Shown one piece after another: positions 26,219 to 36,575 of a DNA stretch of 64,000 bases. Origin of the DNA: Steroidobacteraceae bacterium (GTDB lineage: Bacteria > Chloroflexota > Limnocylindria > QHBO01); NCBI GenBank assembly GCA_025935615.1, contig JAICUY010000001.1, positions 688 to 64,687 on the forward strand. The letters are read 5' to 3'. Each line of letters starts with the position of its first letter. Position 1 is the first letter of the stretch. The notes beneath the pieces were generated by a model, which searched no databases, was not told the DNA's origin, and saw only the letters and a program-made list of their open reading frames with translations. The translations under genes and the position numbers were made by a program.

Positions 26219-27505
26219 TCAGGGAGCGCGCACGATCGGATCCGGTATCGGCCCGTAGAAGCGGACCTCGCTCCCCGGGTCCTCCAGGAACGGCGCATGG
26301 CGGAATCCGCCCTGCGAGGAGATCGGCCCGACGCTCACGTCTCGCGCCAGCGATCCGAAGTGGATCAGGTACGAATTGGCATCGTCGCCTTTCCCGAAGG
26401 CGAGGTCGCTGAGCAGCACGCCGGTGGTCGGCCGATCGCCCGCGACACCGATCGCGATCTGAGCATTCGCCGATCCGCCCTGCGGGTTGTTGTCGGCCAG
26501 GGTGTCGCCAACGATGGTGAAGGCGCTCCCGCCCTCGATGCTGATCCCCCCTTCCGCATTCCCCTCCCACTTGTTGCTGGAGAGGCGGGTGCGAACGCAG
26601 CCCGGGATGAGCCGGATGCCGACGCCACCGTTGTTGTAGGCGTGGTTCATCCGGTACATCAATGAGGCGCTCCGACTCAGGAAGCCATCCCCATCGTTGC
26701 GGAACACGACGTTGCCCTCCAGCAGCATGTCGCCCGCGAGCTCGTCGTTGAGAATGCCGACGCCATGGCCGTCAAAGACGCGGTTGAAGAGCGCGAACCC
26801 GTCGTAGGGACGGCGTCCGGTGCTCGCTCCGGCGAACCGGATGCCGACCCCGCTCGACTGGCTCACCGCCGTGAGTGACACCGTCGGACGGATCCCCTCC
26901 ACGTCGATCCCCTGCGCGCGGTCCATCCCATCGACATGCACGAGGCTGATCAGTGGGCCGTAGGCGTTCGGCGTGGCCTGAACGAGGAAGCCGTCGTTTG
27001 GAAACGATTCTGCCGGCACCAGCTGCGATCCCAGCGCCGCCTCGCCATAGCCCGCGCCGTTCCCCACGTTGATGCCCACCAGTGCCAGCCCGTCACCCGA
27101 GATGACGACCGGGCGCGCGAGTTCGAAGCGGCCCTCGCTGAGCTTCACCTCCCCGCCACCGTGCGATGCGAGGTTCGCCAGCGCGGCATTGATCTCGTCG
27201 TCTGCCGTACCGGCCACCACGACCGATGCCGCAGCTTTGCTCGCCGCGCTCGCATCGCTCGCAGCAATCAGGACGAAGGCGCCGCTGGGCTGGGGCGGAT
27301 ACCAGATCGCCCCTCCCAGCGACGGATCCCCGGCCTCCGGACTCGGCGATCCGGCGATCGCGCTGGGATTCGCGGATGCGGGCGCCTGCGACACGGACGG
27401 AAACGGACTCGAAATTGGTTCAGTGGGCGATCGCGGCAGCAGCACGCCGACAAGCACGCCGGCAAGGACGCCGGCCGGCACAAGGATCCAGGGGAGCCGT
27501 CGCAT
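26219..27505 (-). CDS. Secreted right-handed parallel beta-helix repeat protein
   Basis: N-terminal signal/TM segment MRRLPWILVPAGVLAGVLVGVLL. Repeated G-x-G-I/N-x-x turns (GVGIRF, GHGVGILND, NNGGVGIRL, AEGGISIEGG). Confidence 0.68.
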   Translation of the reverse strand: MRRLPWILVPAGVLAGVLVGVLLPRSPTEPISSPFPSVSQAPASANPSAIAGSPSPEAGDPSLGGAIWYPPQPSGAFVLIAASDASAASKAAASVVVAGTADDEINAALANLASHGGGEVKLSEGRFELARPVVISGDGLALVGINVGNGAGYGEAALGSQLVPAESFPNDGFLVQATPNAYGPLISLVHVDGMDRAQGIDVEGIRPTVSLTAVSQSSGVGIRFAGASTGRRPYDGFALFNRVFDGHGVGILNDELAGDMLLEGNVVFRNDGDGFLSRSASLMYRMNHAYNNGGVGIRLIPGCVRTRLSSNKWEGNAEGGISIEGGSAFTIVGDTLADNNPQGGSANAQIAIGVAGDRPTTGVLLSDLAFGKGDDANSYLIHFGSLARDVSVGPISSQGGFRHAPFLEDPGSEVRFYGPIPDPIVRAP

Positions 27506-27761
27506 GTGACCTCGATGTCGATTCGCGGGCGGGTGGCTGAGATTGTCCGATCTTTCGTGCCGGGCTGCAGACGGACGGTCAGGAACCGCGTCGCGAGGGG
27601 GTGACGGTGCCGGACGTCAACGGCATTCGCAGGTTGGGACCCCGAATCGGTCCAAAAGGCTGGCCCGCTGCTTGCTGAGTGCTTCCCAAATTACCCAGCC
27701 TCGGGTACCTTTTGACCATCCAGAAGTCATCTTTTCGTCCGGAAGTACTAGGGGAGAAGAC

Positions 27762-28586
27762 GTGAACGCGAAACAACGTGGGTCGCGCCCCCGGCGAAGC
27801 GCGTGGAGCCAGGCAGGACTGCTCGTCGGCTCCATCGGCCTGCTCGTGGCAGTCGCTGCGCCGGTGCTGGCGAACTCGGTTCCGACCGATCCCGAGCCCG
27901 ATATTGCCTGCCCTGCGGACTTTGGCTCAGGCTTGCTGACCAAATACACCACCGATGTCGGTTCGGCAGACGACCCGGCCACCTGGAAGGTCAGCGTCGA
28001 GTTCACGCTTGCCGACGACGGCAGCGGTGTGAGCTGCCAGCTGAGCCTCGCCAGCTATGAGCTGGCGAGCGCAGCCTTCGTTCCGCCGCAGACGGTCTTC
28101 GACAGCGCAACCGGAACCTTCGGAGCCGGTACGCACGTTCTCACCGTCGCGCTGCCGCATACCGGTTCGCTGCCAGGCTGCTTCGCGCAGTACGACTTCG
28201 TCTTCGGACCAGTGCTCGACACCATCACCGAGTCGCAGCGCTACGGCGACCGTCAGGTGCGGGCACGCATCGTCGGTACCGAGGACTGCAGCAGCGGCGG
28301 CGTTCAGCCCACCCCGACGGTCACTGCAACCCCGACGATCACAGCCACCGCGACGGCCACTCCGACGCAGGCAGTCGCCCCCACCCCGACCCAGGAAGTG
28401 GAAGGCGGAACCGGAACGCCGGCGCCGGAACAGAGCGTCAAGGCGGGCACCGGGTTGCCGAACACGAGCACCGACGGTCATGACGGAGGCGGCAATGCGC
28501 CGCTCCTGCCGCTGGTGCTGATCGTCGCGGCGCTCGGCGGCCTCAGCTTCGTCAGCGTGGCTCGCAGCGCGGTACGCGCGCGCTGA
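27762..28586 (+). CDS. Cell-wall-anchored surface protein with LPXTG-like sorting signal
   Basis: GTG start preceded by GGGGAGA. Signal peptide LLVGSIGLLVAVAAPVLA. Pro/Thr-rich linker. C-terminal LPNTS, then a hydrophobic stretch, then ARSAVRAR. Confidence 0.7.
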   Translation: MNAKQRGSRPRRSAWSQAGLLVGSIGLLVAVAAPVLANSVPTDPEPDIACPADFGSGLLTKYTTDVGSADDPATWKVSVEFTLADDGSGVSCQLSLASYELASAAFVPPQTVFDSATGTFGAGTHVLTVALPHTGSLPGCFAQYDFVFGPVLDTITESQRYGDRQVRARIVGTEDCSSGGVQPTPTVTATPTITATATATPTQAVAPTPTQEVEGGTGTPAPEQSVKAGTGLPNTSTDGHDGGGNAPLLPLVLIVAALGGLSFVSVARSAVRAR

Positions 28587-28668
28587 CGCTCAAGCGCCGC
28601 CCGTGGGGCGGCGCTACACTCGACCATCGAGGGCGGCGCTTCGCCCTTCCATAGTCCATGTCGCCCTG

Positions 28669-29211
28669 GTGAAATTCATCGACACCCCGATATCCGGGGC
28701 TACCATCGTCCAGCTCGAGCCCCTGCGTGATGACCGCGGGTTTTTCGCGCGCGCCTTCTCGGCTCCGGAGTTCGCGGAGCACGGGCTTGCTTCGGTCGTG
28801 GCACAGGTCAACCTGTCTTCGAATGCGGTGCGAGGGACCGTGCGCGGCTTGCACTACCAGGTTTCTCCGGCGCCCGAGGCCAAGCTCATCCGGTGCATCG
28901 CGGGAGCGGCATATATGGTCGTGGTCGACATGCGCGACGACAGCCCGACGCGGCTGCAGCACGTGGCGGTCGAGCTTCGGCGTGGAGACCTGCGCAGCCT
29001 GCATGTTCCGGAACAATGCGCCGTTGGGATGCAGACGCTCGAGGACTCGACCGAGCTGCTCTACCAGGTGAGCGGCTTTTATACCCCGGGCGCCGAACGC
29101 GGCCTGCGCTGGGATGACCCGGCGCTCGGCATCGCCTGGCCGCTCCCGGCGAGCGTCATCTCGGCCAAGGACGCGGCCTGGCCGCTGCTGGCGTCGGAGT
29201 CCGCCCGGTGA
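28669..29211 (+). CDS. rmlC: dTDP-4-dehydrorhamnose 3,5-epimerase-like (RmlC cupin)
   Basis: DDRGFFARAF, RGLHYQ, KLIRCIAGAAYMVVVDMR, LRWDDPALGIAWP. The start is taken at the in-frame GTG (VKFIDTPISG). Confidence 0.78.
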   Translation: MKFIDTPISGATIVQLEPLRDDRGFFARAFSAPEFAEHGLASVVAQVNLSSNAVRGTVRGLHYQVSPAPEAKLIRCIAGAAYMVVVDMRDDSPTRLQHVAVELRRGDLRSLHVPEQCAVGMQTLEDSTELLYQVSGFYTPGAERGLRWDDPALGIAWPLPASVISAKDAAWPLLASESAR

Positions 29212-30503
29212 TCATCGTCGACCGTGCCCTGCAGGAGCGCGCCGCCAGTGGCCGGCCGGTACAGGTCGGCATGGTGGGCGCGGGCGCAATGGGCCGGGGC
29301 ATCGCGCGGCAGATGTTCCGCGCATTTCCAGGCCTGCGGTTGGCCGCCGTCGCCAACCGCACGGTGGCGAATGCCGAGCGAGCGTATCGCGAAGCGGGAC
29401 AGGACGAGTTCGGGGCCGCGAGCAGCGTCGGCGAGCTCGACGCGGCCGTCGCGGCCGGTCGGTTCGTGGTGACCGACGATCCATTGCTGCTGTGCGAGTC
29501 GCCGGCGATCGAGGTCCTGGTCGAGGTGACGGGCACCGTCGACCACGCCGCCGAGGTGGTGCTGCGTGCCATCTCGAACGGGAAGCATCTCGTCCTGATG
29601 AACGCCGAGCTCGACGGGACGGTAGGACCGCTCCTGAAGGCCTACGCCGATGACGCCGGCGTCATCATCAGCGCCTGTGACGGCGATCAGCCAGGGGTCG
29701 AAGCAAACCTGTATCGGTTCGTGCAGGGCATTGGCTTCCGCCCGTTGGTTGCCGGAAATATCAAGGGGCTCCAGGATCCGTACCGGACTCCGGAGACGCA
29801 GGCCGGCTGGGCAGCCCAGTGGGGCCTCGGTGTCGAGATGGTGACCAGCTTCGCCGACGGCACCAAGGTCTCATTCGAACAGGCGATCGTGGCCAACGGC
29901 ACTGGTCTGCGAGCTCCGAAGCGAGGGTTGAACGCCTGGGAGCACCGCGCGCATGTCGACGAGCTCGCCGAACGCTATGACATCGACGAGCTGGAGCGGC
30001 TGGGTGGGATCGTCGACTACGTGATCGGTGCCCAACCGGCGCCGGGCATCTACGTCATCGCCACGCATGACGATCCGCTCGAGCGCCACTACATGAAGCT
30101 CTACAAGCGCGGCGACGGACCGCTGTATGTGTTCTACACCCCGCAGCACCTCTGCCATTTCGAGGTGCCGACCAGCGTCGCGCGCGTTGCCCTGCTGGGC
30201 GATGCGGTCCTGGCGCCGATCGGCGGCCCTGTGGTCGACGTCGTCGCCACCGCCAAGCACGACCTCCGGCCCGGCGACGTGCTCGACGGCATCGGCGGCT
30301 TCACGGTCTACGGGCAGTGCGAGGACTCGGCGATGACGCGCGCCGAGCGGCTGCTGCCCATGGGTGTGGCGCCGGGATGCTGCGTGACCCGCGCCGTCGA
30401 TCGTGACACGGTGCTGACCTACGATGACGTCGAGCTTCCGCCGGGCAGGACCATCGATCGCCTCCGGATAGAGCAAGATGCGCGTTTCGGAAGCCAGGCG
30501 TGA
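29208..30503 (+). CDS. NAD(P)-binding oxidoreductase with C-terminal SAF-like domain (COG4091-type 'predicted homoserine dehydrogenase')
   Basis: Rossmann motif VGMVGAGAMGRGIA. Family resemblance is from memory. Translationally coupled to both neighbours. Confidence 0.55.
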   Translation: MIIVDRALQERAASGRPVQVGMVGAGAMGRGIARQMFRAFPGLRLAAVANRTVANAERAYREAGQDEFGAASSVGELDAAVAAGRFVVTDDPLLLCESPAIEVLVEVTGTVDHAAEVVLRAISNGKHLVLMNAELDGTVGPLLKAYADDAGVIISACDGDQPGVEANLYRFVQGIGFRPLVAGNIKGLQDPYRTPETQAGWAAQWGLGVEMVTSFADGTKVSFEQAIVANGTGLRAPKRGLNAWEHRAHVDELAERYDIDELERLGGIVDYVIGAQPAPGIYVIATHDDPLERHYMKLYKRGDGPLYVFYTPQHLCHFEVPTSVARVALLGDAVLAPIGGPVVDVVATAKHDLRPGDVLDGIGGFTVYGQCEDSAMTRAERLLPMGVAPGCCVTRAVDRDTVLTYDDVELPPGRTIDRLRIEQDARFGSQA

Positions 30504-31525
30504 TGGCCGCCATCTCGATCTTCATCCCCGTCTACAACGACACGCGCTGGCTGCCCGGCGCCATCGAGAGCGTGCTCTCGCAGTCCCACACCGATTGGCA
30601 GCTCATCGTCGGCGACAACGCGTCGAGCGAGGACATCGAGGCAGTCGTGCGCCGGTACGCCGACCCTCGCCTCCGCTATCGGCGCTGGGAGACGCACGTC
30701 GGCATCGACGAGAACTTCAACCGGACGGCGCTGCTCGCCGAGGCCCCTTGGGTGCAGCTGCTCGGCGCCGATGATCGCCTGCGGCCGGGCTGCCTGGAGC
30801 GGATCGCAGCTGCGATCGACGGTTGGGATTCGACCGGGCGCCTGGCCATGGTCGTCACCGCCTGCCGGCGCGTCGATGAGGCGGGCCGCCCGGCCGATCA
30901 CATCTGGTATGGCTCGCGTCGGCGGCTGGACGTCTCGCCTGGCGTGTACGACAGCCGCGCATGGTTCGGTGTCCACCTGCGGGACGGCCATCCGCCCTGG
31001 AACGTCGGATCGGTCGCCATCGCGCGCAGCGTGATCGAGGAGTCCGGGGGCTTCTTCCGACCCGAGGTGGGCCTGTCCTGCGATGTCGAGCTGTCGCTAC
31101 GCGCGGCTGCGTACGGCTCGGTGGTGTACATCGACGAGGCGCTCCTCGACTTCACGGTGCGGCCGGACGCCGACAGCTCCATCCGGTTGTGGGAGAACCG
31201 CTCCGGCAACGACCGGCGCACCCCGATCGAAAAGGCCCTGCTGGCGGGACTCAGCGTGCATCGCCATCGCCGTCGCGTGGATCCGCAGGAGGAGCGCCGG
31301 GTGCGAGGCGCCATCGCGCGCTCACATCTGCAGCGAGCGGCTCAGCATCGGGTGCTACCCGATGGTCGCGGCCGGCGCGGAGCGCTGGACGACGTTGTGA
31401 CGGCCATCCGCTGGAGCACGCGCGCCATCATCCATCCGTACGCGATGGCATATGCCACAGCCTCGCTGGTGGCGCCGAGCATGCTGCTGCGCGCGGCCAA
31501 GGACTGGCTCTCCGCCCGTCACTAG
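30500..31525 (+). CDS. Family 2 glycosyltransferase
   Basis: ISIFIPVYNDTRWLPGAIESVLSQSHTDWQLIVGDNAS and LGADD (DxD-type). Confidence 0.8.
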   Translation: MMAAISIFIPVYNDTRWLPGAIESVLSQSHTDWQLIVGDNASSEDIEAVVRRYADPRLRYRRWETHVGIDENFNRTALLAEAPWVQLLGADDRLRPGCLERIAAAIDGWDSTGRLAMVVTACRRVDEAGRPADHIWYGSRRRLDVSPGVYDSRAWFGVHLRDGHPPWNVGSVAIARSVIEESGGFFRPEVGLSCDVELSLRAAAYGSVVYIDEALLDFTVRPDADSSIRLWENRSGNDRRTPIEKALLAGLSVHRHRRRVDPQEERRVRGAIARSHLQRAAQHRVLPDGRGRRGALDDVVTAIRWSTRAIIHPYAMAYATASLVAPSMLLRAAKDWLSARH

Positions 31526-31568
31526 TCCCGGAGCGAGCGCCAGGCGACATCTCCTCAGCCAGCAGCCA

Positions 31569-32921
31569 TCACGACGGCGTGTCGATGGTGACCCAGTCGA
31601 TCAGAACGTGACCCGCGGCAGGCGCCGGCAGGTCACCTGACGGCAGCGTTTCGTTCTGCAGCACATAGTGCATCGGGCCCTGCGGAACGTGCTGGGTTGA
31701 GCGCCCGATGAGACGGCCATCGACGAAGAAGGCGGCGTACGGGGTTGGCGCCCGAGGGTTCCATTCCATGGTGTAGACATGCCACTGCTGGATGCTCGCT
31801 CCGCTGTCGTAGGCATCCTGATTGCGACCGCTGGACGGCTTCGGGTCGTAGTGCATGAAAGCGTGAGCGGTGGCTCCGAGGTCGAGCACTGCTTCCGGGA
31901 AGTCGACCTCGCCGTGGTAGTTCCCCGAACCGTCGTTTGGCCACAACAGGTACGCGACCTTGTATCCCGGAATGACCTCGGTGCGCATGCACAGGCTGAT
32001 GCGCTGACCGTACGTGTCGCCCAGCAACGGCAGCAGGGCTGCGACGTAGCGGGTGCCGCTTTCCGAATGTAGGAAGATGTCAAGCAGGCCATTGCCCTCG
32101 CTGACCGTCCGGCCGGAGTCGTAGGTCCCTCGACCGCTGGAGTCGTGCCAGCCGGCCGGTCGATTGCGCCAGTCGCGCCCCGCGACGGGACCGGGCCACG
32201 AACCGAGCGGCGTCTCTTCGCTGAACTGGCTCGTGACGCGCCTCGTCCAGCCACCGGGGGGTCCGCCACTGCCGGTGGCGCATCGGCTGCCTGATGGCGG
32301 CTGCGTCGGGCCGGGCGTCGCCGCCGGGGTGCTGCTCGGCGCGGGAGTCGGCTGCTGCGTCGGCGTCGGGGTTGGATCCGGCGTCGGATCCGGGGTGCTG
32401 CGCGGCGTCGACGTGGGTTGGGGCGTCAAGGTTGGCTGTGCCGAGGGCGAGGCGGTGGCAGCCGGAGGCGCTGCGTCCGCCACGGTCAGCGTCGTGGAGG
32501 CAACGACGACGTCGCCGCCCCCAGCCGATGCCTTGCGGGTTGCCGCGGCCACGGTCGCGGCGGCCAGGGTGTGAGCGCCGGGAGTGACGTCCGGAACGAC
32601 CAGCCGCGCCTTCAGCTGGCCCCGACCGTTGACCTTGACCAACGGAAGTCCGGCATCCTTGCCGTCCAGGGAGAGCTGAAGTCGCAGTTGCGGGACGAAC
32701 CCGTCGCCGACCACGCTGACCGCAGTGCCGGCTCGCGCCACCGACGGGTCGACGACCAACGCCGGGCCGGCCGCGCCGCTGCTCGAACGAGGCAACAGGG
32801 ACGCTATCAGGGCAGCGACCATGATCCCGGTCGCGAGCCAATCACGAAGGCGTGCGCGCGGGGCGCGCGACGGGGGAACTGGATGTTGGCGAATCCAACG
32901 CCGGCCATCCCAGAAAGCCAT
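31569..32921 (-). CDS. Secreted protein: TM/signal segment, Ig/IPT-like domain, Pro/Thr linker, GH16-like concanavalin-fold domain
   Basis: PT-rich linker PQPTSTPRSTPDPTPDPTPTPTQQPTP. GH16-type catalytic pattern ExDxxE appears as GEVDFPE. Also WHVYTMEW. Confidence 0.62.
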   Translation of the reverse strand: MAFWDGRRWIRQHPVPPSRAPRARLRDWLATGIMVAALIASLLPRSSSGAAGPALVVDPSVARAGTAVSVVGDGFVPQLRLQLSLDGKDAGLPLVKVNGRGQLKARLVVPDVTPGAHTLAAATVAAATRKASAGGGDVVVASTTLTVADAAPPAATASPSAQPTLTPQPTSTPRSTPDPTPDPTPTPTQQPTPAPSSTPAATPGPTQPPSGSRCATGSGGPPGGWTRRVTSQFSEETPLGSWPGPVAGRDWRNRPAGWHDSSGRGTYDSGRTVSEGNGLLDIFLHSESGTRYVAALLPLLGDTYGQRISLCMRTEVIPGYKVAYLLWPNDGSGNYHGEVDFPEAVLDLGATAHAFMHYDPKPSSGRNQDAYDSGASIQQWHVYTMEWNPRAPTPYAAFFVDGRLIGRSTQHVPQGPMHYVLQNETLPSGDLPAPAAGHVLIDWVTIDTPS

Positions 32922-33130
32922 GGCGGGTCTCCTTCGGCAGCCCGGCTAGCTCAAAGAGCCCCGTGGCTTTGCGGCGCCGCCTCGCGACGGCTGTGCTCGT
33001 TCGGTTGTGACCGCCGGTTGTGCCCGGGCAGCAAACGAGGCTGGACGTTACCCGAGGCAGCGCTTGGCTGGCAATGACCAGAACGGCGCATCGGTGACCA
33101 GTCATTGGTCACCGGCGAAGGATCACCGCA

Positions 33131-34279
33131 TCAGCGAATCAGCCGAGATCCTTGACCAGGCAGCAGCGACCGATACAGCTCCGCCGTCCGTGCCGCCGTC
33201 TCGTCCCAGGTCGGCAGCGGGGGCGGGACGAAGGGTGTGCCTGCGGCGTCGAGCTGAGCGAGCACCGCGGCTGCGACATCAACGCTGCCGGCGTCGGCGC
33301 CCACCACCCGCGCCCCGTTGAGCCCGCGCAGATCACCGAGCGCGGAGCCGTCGCTCACGACCAACCGACAACCGAGGGCGAGCGCCTCGTACGCTCCCAG
33401 TCCCTGCGACTCATAGTCGGACAGCAGGACCGCGACCGATGCGCCGGCGAGCTCGTGTGCCACCTCATCGCGCGGGACCCCACGCATCGCGACCGATGAA
33501 CCGATCCCGAGCCGGTCCGCCGTCACGCGCAACCGATCGGCGTCGGACCCATCACCGAGGATCAGCAGCCTGGCGTCCGGACGGGCGCGGTGAACCAGGG
33601 GGAGGGCTGCGAGGACGCGGTCATGGCCCTTGTAACGCTCCAGCCGCCCCACCGACACGATGAGATTCGGATCTCGCCGTGCCAGCTCCCCCGCGCCATG
33701 TGGGAGATCCGAGCCGGATGGGATCACGACGAACCGCCGCCGCGGAATACCGAGCCGTCCGGCGAAGAGCGCCGCCTCGAAGGGCGACACCGCCACCAGG
33801 CGGCGCGCGCGACGCATGAGCGGCCCCAGTGCCCGCACCTGGGTCGAGCGCAGCCGATGACGCATCGGCGAGGAATGACCTCCCGAATGTATGGTGAGGA
33901 CGAACGGCAGCCCTGCCCGCAGCGCGGCGAGCATGGCGATCGGCGGCACGGCGGTGTGATAGCCCTGCACGTGGATGACGTCGGCGGCCGAGCGAGCGAT
34001 GCGCGCGGCCACGGAAGGCGCCAGGTACAGGTCCATGCGGCGCGGCCACGCTCGCACTCGCTCGATGCGCACGCCGTCGATGACCTCGGCCGGCGGCAAT
34101 GTCCCGTCGCGGTCCGTGGTCACGACGCGCACGTCATACCCGTGATCGGCGACCAGCCGACGCGCCAGCTCGTAGGTGTGCGTCTCCACGCCGCCGCGGT
34201 AGGGCGGATAGCGCGGGGTTGCCATCAGCACCCGCACCGGCCGCGACCCAATCGGCGCATCGGCCGATCGGCCGCTCAC
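33131..34279 (-). CDS. Family 4 glycosyltransferase (GT-B)
   Basis: N-terminal VLMATPRYPPYRGGVETH. C-terminal E-x7-E-like region SDYESQGLGAYEALALG. Confidence 0.85.
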   Translation of the reverse strand: MSGRSADAPIGSRPVRVLMATPRYPPYRGGVETHTYELARRLVADHGYDVRVVTTDRDGTLPPAEVIDGVRIERVRAWPRRMDLYLAPSVAARIARSAADVIHVQGYHTAVPPIAMLAALRAGLPFVLTIHSGGHSSPMRHRLRSTQVRALGPLMRRARRLVAVSPFEAALFAGRLGIPRRRFVVIPSGSDLPHGAGELARRDPNLIVSVGRLERYKGHDRVLAALPLVHRARPDARLLILGDGSDADRLRVTADRLGIGSSVAMRGVPRDEVAHELAGASVAVLLSDYESQGLGAYEALALGCRLVVSDGSALGDLRGLNGARVVGADAGSVDVAAAVLAQLDAAGTPFVPPPLPTWDETAARTAELYRSLLPGQGSRLIR

Positions 34280-35268
34280 GATCCCGGCTCGACCGCCTGC
34301 CGTGGTGAGGCGTCAACCTGCCCGCGGACCCGGCCGGCCGCATATCCGAGACTGGTGATGCCGAGCCCGGCGACGACCGCCGCCGCGCGCCCGAAACCGG
34401 CCGTGGACCGCAGCCGCAGACCGTCGGCGAGATACCCGAATGCCGCGCGCGGCAGTGTCACGAACGCGTGGCGACGCTCCGAGGCAAGCCCGTGCTGGGT
34501 GCCCACCAGGCGAGCGACGACTGCCTTGGACACGCCCTCGGCATAGCACCGCCGGCGAAAATAGGACCACCCGGCGCGAGCCGCCGGCACGCGGTGGCTG
34601 ACGCGCGCAGCCGGCTGGTACAGCAGGAGCGATGACGGTGCCTGCTGCGACACGCGGATGCAGAGCTCGGTCTCCTCGCCGCCGACCGGGCGGTCGCCCA
34701 CGCGGCCGACATCGGTGTGGAAGCCGCCCACCACGTCGAATGCCTCGCGCCGGAAGGACATGTTGCAACCCAGGAAGTTGCGGATCGGCGACAAGGTGGT
34801 CGGGAGGCCCCGGTAGCTGCAGCCGACCACCCAGTCGAACTCTTCGGGAAACCAGGACGGTCGCCGCGCGTCCCAGGCCGGTAGCGCGGCGCCGCCGACC
34901 CCGATCACGTTCGGCGCGCTGGCATACGCGCTGGCAAGCGCTGCCAGCCATCCGCGGTCGGCGACGGCATCATCGTCGAGGAAGGCGATGATGTCACCGC
35001 GCGCAACGCCCAGGCCGGTATTGCGGGCATCCGATAGTCCCTGCCGACCGGTGTTGCTGACCACGATCACACCGTCGAACAATGCCGCCGCGCGGACGCG
35101 CAGCCCCTCGTTGTGATCGATCACCAGCACGATCTCGGAAGGCGGCAGGTCCTGTCCACGGATCGAGGTGATGGCTGCCACGAGGTCGTCCCAACGCTCG
35201 TCGCTGAAGGCGCACACGATCACCGAGATAGAGCCGGTGTCGGCCACGCCTCCCGCCTCGGGATTCAT
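34276..35268 (-). CDS. Family 2 glycosyltransferase
   Basis: ISVIVCAFSDERWDDLVAAITSIRGQ and FLDDDAVADRGW (DxD). Confidence 0.85.
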   Translation of the reverse strand: MNPEAGGVADTGSISVIVCAFSDERWDDLVAAITSIRGQDLPPSEIVLVIDHNEGLRVRAAALFDGVIVVSNTGRQGLSDARNTGLGVARGDIIAFLDDDAVADRGWLAALASAYASAPNVIGVGGAALPAWDARRPSWFPEEFDWVVGCSYRGLPTTLSPIRNFLGCNMSFRREAFDVVGGFHTDVGRVGDRPVGGEETELCIRVSQQAPSSLLLYQPAARVSHRVPAARAGWSYFRRRCYAEGVSKAVVARLVGTQHGLASERRHAFVTLPRAAFGYLADGLRLRSTAGFGRAAAVVAGLGITSLGYAAGRVRGQVDASPRQAVEPGS

Positions 35269-36575
35269 GAGGCCGGGTCAGCGCTCGGCGGTCGCATTGC
35301 GCGCACGACCCGCGGCGCCATGAAGATCGCTTCCACGAACAGGACCAACAGCCTGCCCAGCGCCACGCCTTCGAGGCCGTACAGCAGGCCGCCCAGTGAC
35401 GCGGCCGCCAACTCAGCCACCAGCGTCGCGAAACCGATGCCGCCGGCCCGCAGAACGCTGCCGCGCAGCCGTTGCACCGCGATCCAGTGATCCTTGATCA
35501 GCAGTGGCAGCGTCGACAGCGCCAGCAGGACGAGCGTCGTGTACGCGACTTCGGCATACCGCGGTCCGAACAGGCCAAGCAGCGGGTGGCCGATGAGCAC
35601 CAGCACGCCGGTGCCGAGGACCGCGATCGCGGCCGTGACGGCCATCGAAAACCGGACCTCGTGCCACAGCCGTTCGGGGGCCTGGGCACCGACCACGTAC
35701 AGGGTGAACGTCGTCGAGGTGCCGATCAGCGTGAGGAAGTTCGCGACCAGCAGCGCGACGTAGAAGTTGGCGTTCGCCTCGCGCGACAGGACGACCGTGA
35801 CCAGAACCGGCAGCAGCCAGACCGATGCCGATCGAGTGAGGTTGAGCAGATGGTGGGAAAGCGCGGCCGAGGTAAGGGTGCGCAGCCTGCCCCAGACCAA
35901 GGGGCGGACATCCGACGCGAAGCCGAATCCGCGCTCGGCAACCACCAGCGCAACCAGCGACAGGAGGATGGCCACCACCCATGCGCCGTAGAGTCCCATT
36001 CCGGCAGTGCCGGCCACGAGAACAGCCACGGCGATGAGCGGCAGGCGCACCAGGGAGAAGACCACGTTGCGGCCCAACTGCCGCAGGTTCTTGGACACCG
36101 CCACCAGGACGGTGTCGAGCACGGAGCTCCCGGCAGTGGCGCCGACGCCCAGGGCGAAGAGCAGCAGGATCGGCAGCCCATCCGACACTGGCGCCAGCTC
36201 GTCGGACAGGACGGGTGCGAGGATGCCGAAGGCGAGACCCAGCGCCAGGCCGACGGCACTTGCCGCCGCCAGCGCCGATGCGACCAGTGCCGTCGGTCGC
36301 GACTCGAGATGGAGGACGCCGGCCAACGTCGTCGGCAGGCCGAGCACCGCGATCTGGGACAGGAAGACCATGGCCGATACCGCCGCGCCGGCGAGGCCGA
36401 CCGCCTCCTGTGGATAGGCTCGCGCGGCGAGCCACCAGAAGGCGAACCCCGTCACACTGGTTGCCAGGTTGGCGAGCACCAGACCGCCGGTCGTGCCGAT
36501 CGTGCGCCGGAATGGCGCCAGCCGGCCGACGAGCGTGCTCATCACGACGGGGACCGGTACGCTGGGGGGCGTCAT
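35265..36575 (-). CDS. Polysaccharide/oligosaccharide flippase (Wzx / MOP superfamily)
   Basis: 436 aa with about 12-14 TM segments. Embedded in a GT operon, with 4-nt overlaps on both sides. Confidence 0.72.
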   Translation of the reverse strand: MTPPSVPVPVVMSTLVGRLAPFRRTIGTTGGLVLANLATSVTGFAFWWLAARAYPQEAVGLAGAAVSAMVFLSQIAVLGLPTTLAGVLHLESRPTALVASALAAASAVGLALGLAFGILAPVLSDELAPVSDGLPILLLFALGVGATAGSSVLDTVLVAVSKNLRQLGRNVVFSLVRLPLIAVAVLVAGTAGMGLYGAWVVAILLSLVALVVAERGFGFASDVRPLVWGRLRTLTSAALSHHLLNLTRSASVWLLPVLVTVVLSREANANFYVALLVANFLTLIGTSTTFTLYVVGAQAPERLWHEVRFSMAVTAAIAVLGTGVLVLIGHPLLGLFGPRYAEVAYTTLVLLALSTLPLLIKDHWIAVQRLRGSVLRAGGIGFATLVAELAAASLGGLLYGLEGVALGRLLVLFVEAIFMAPRVVRAMRPPSADPAS

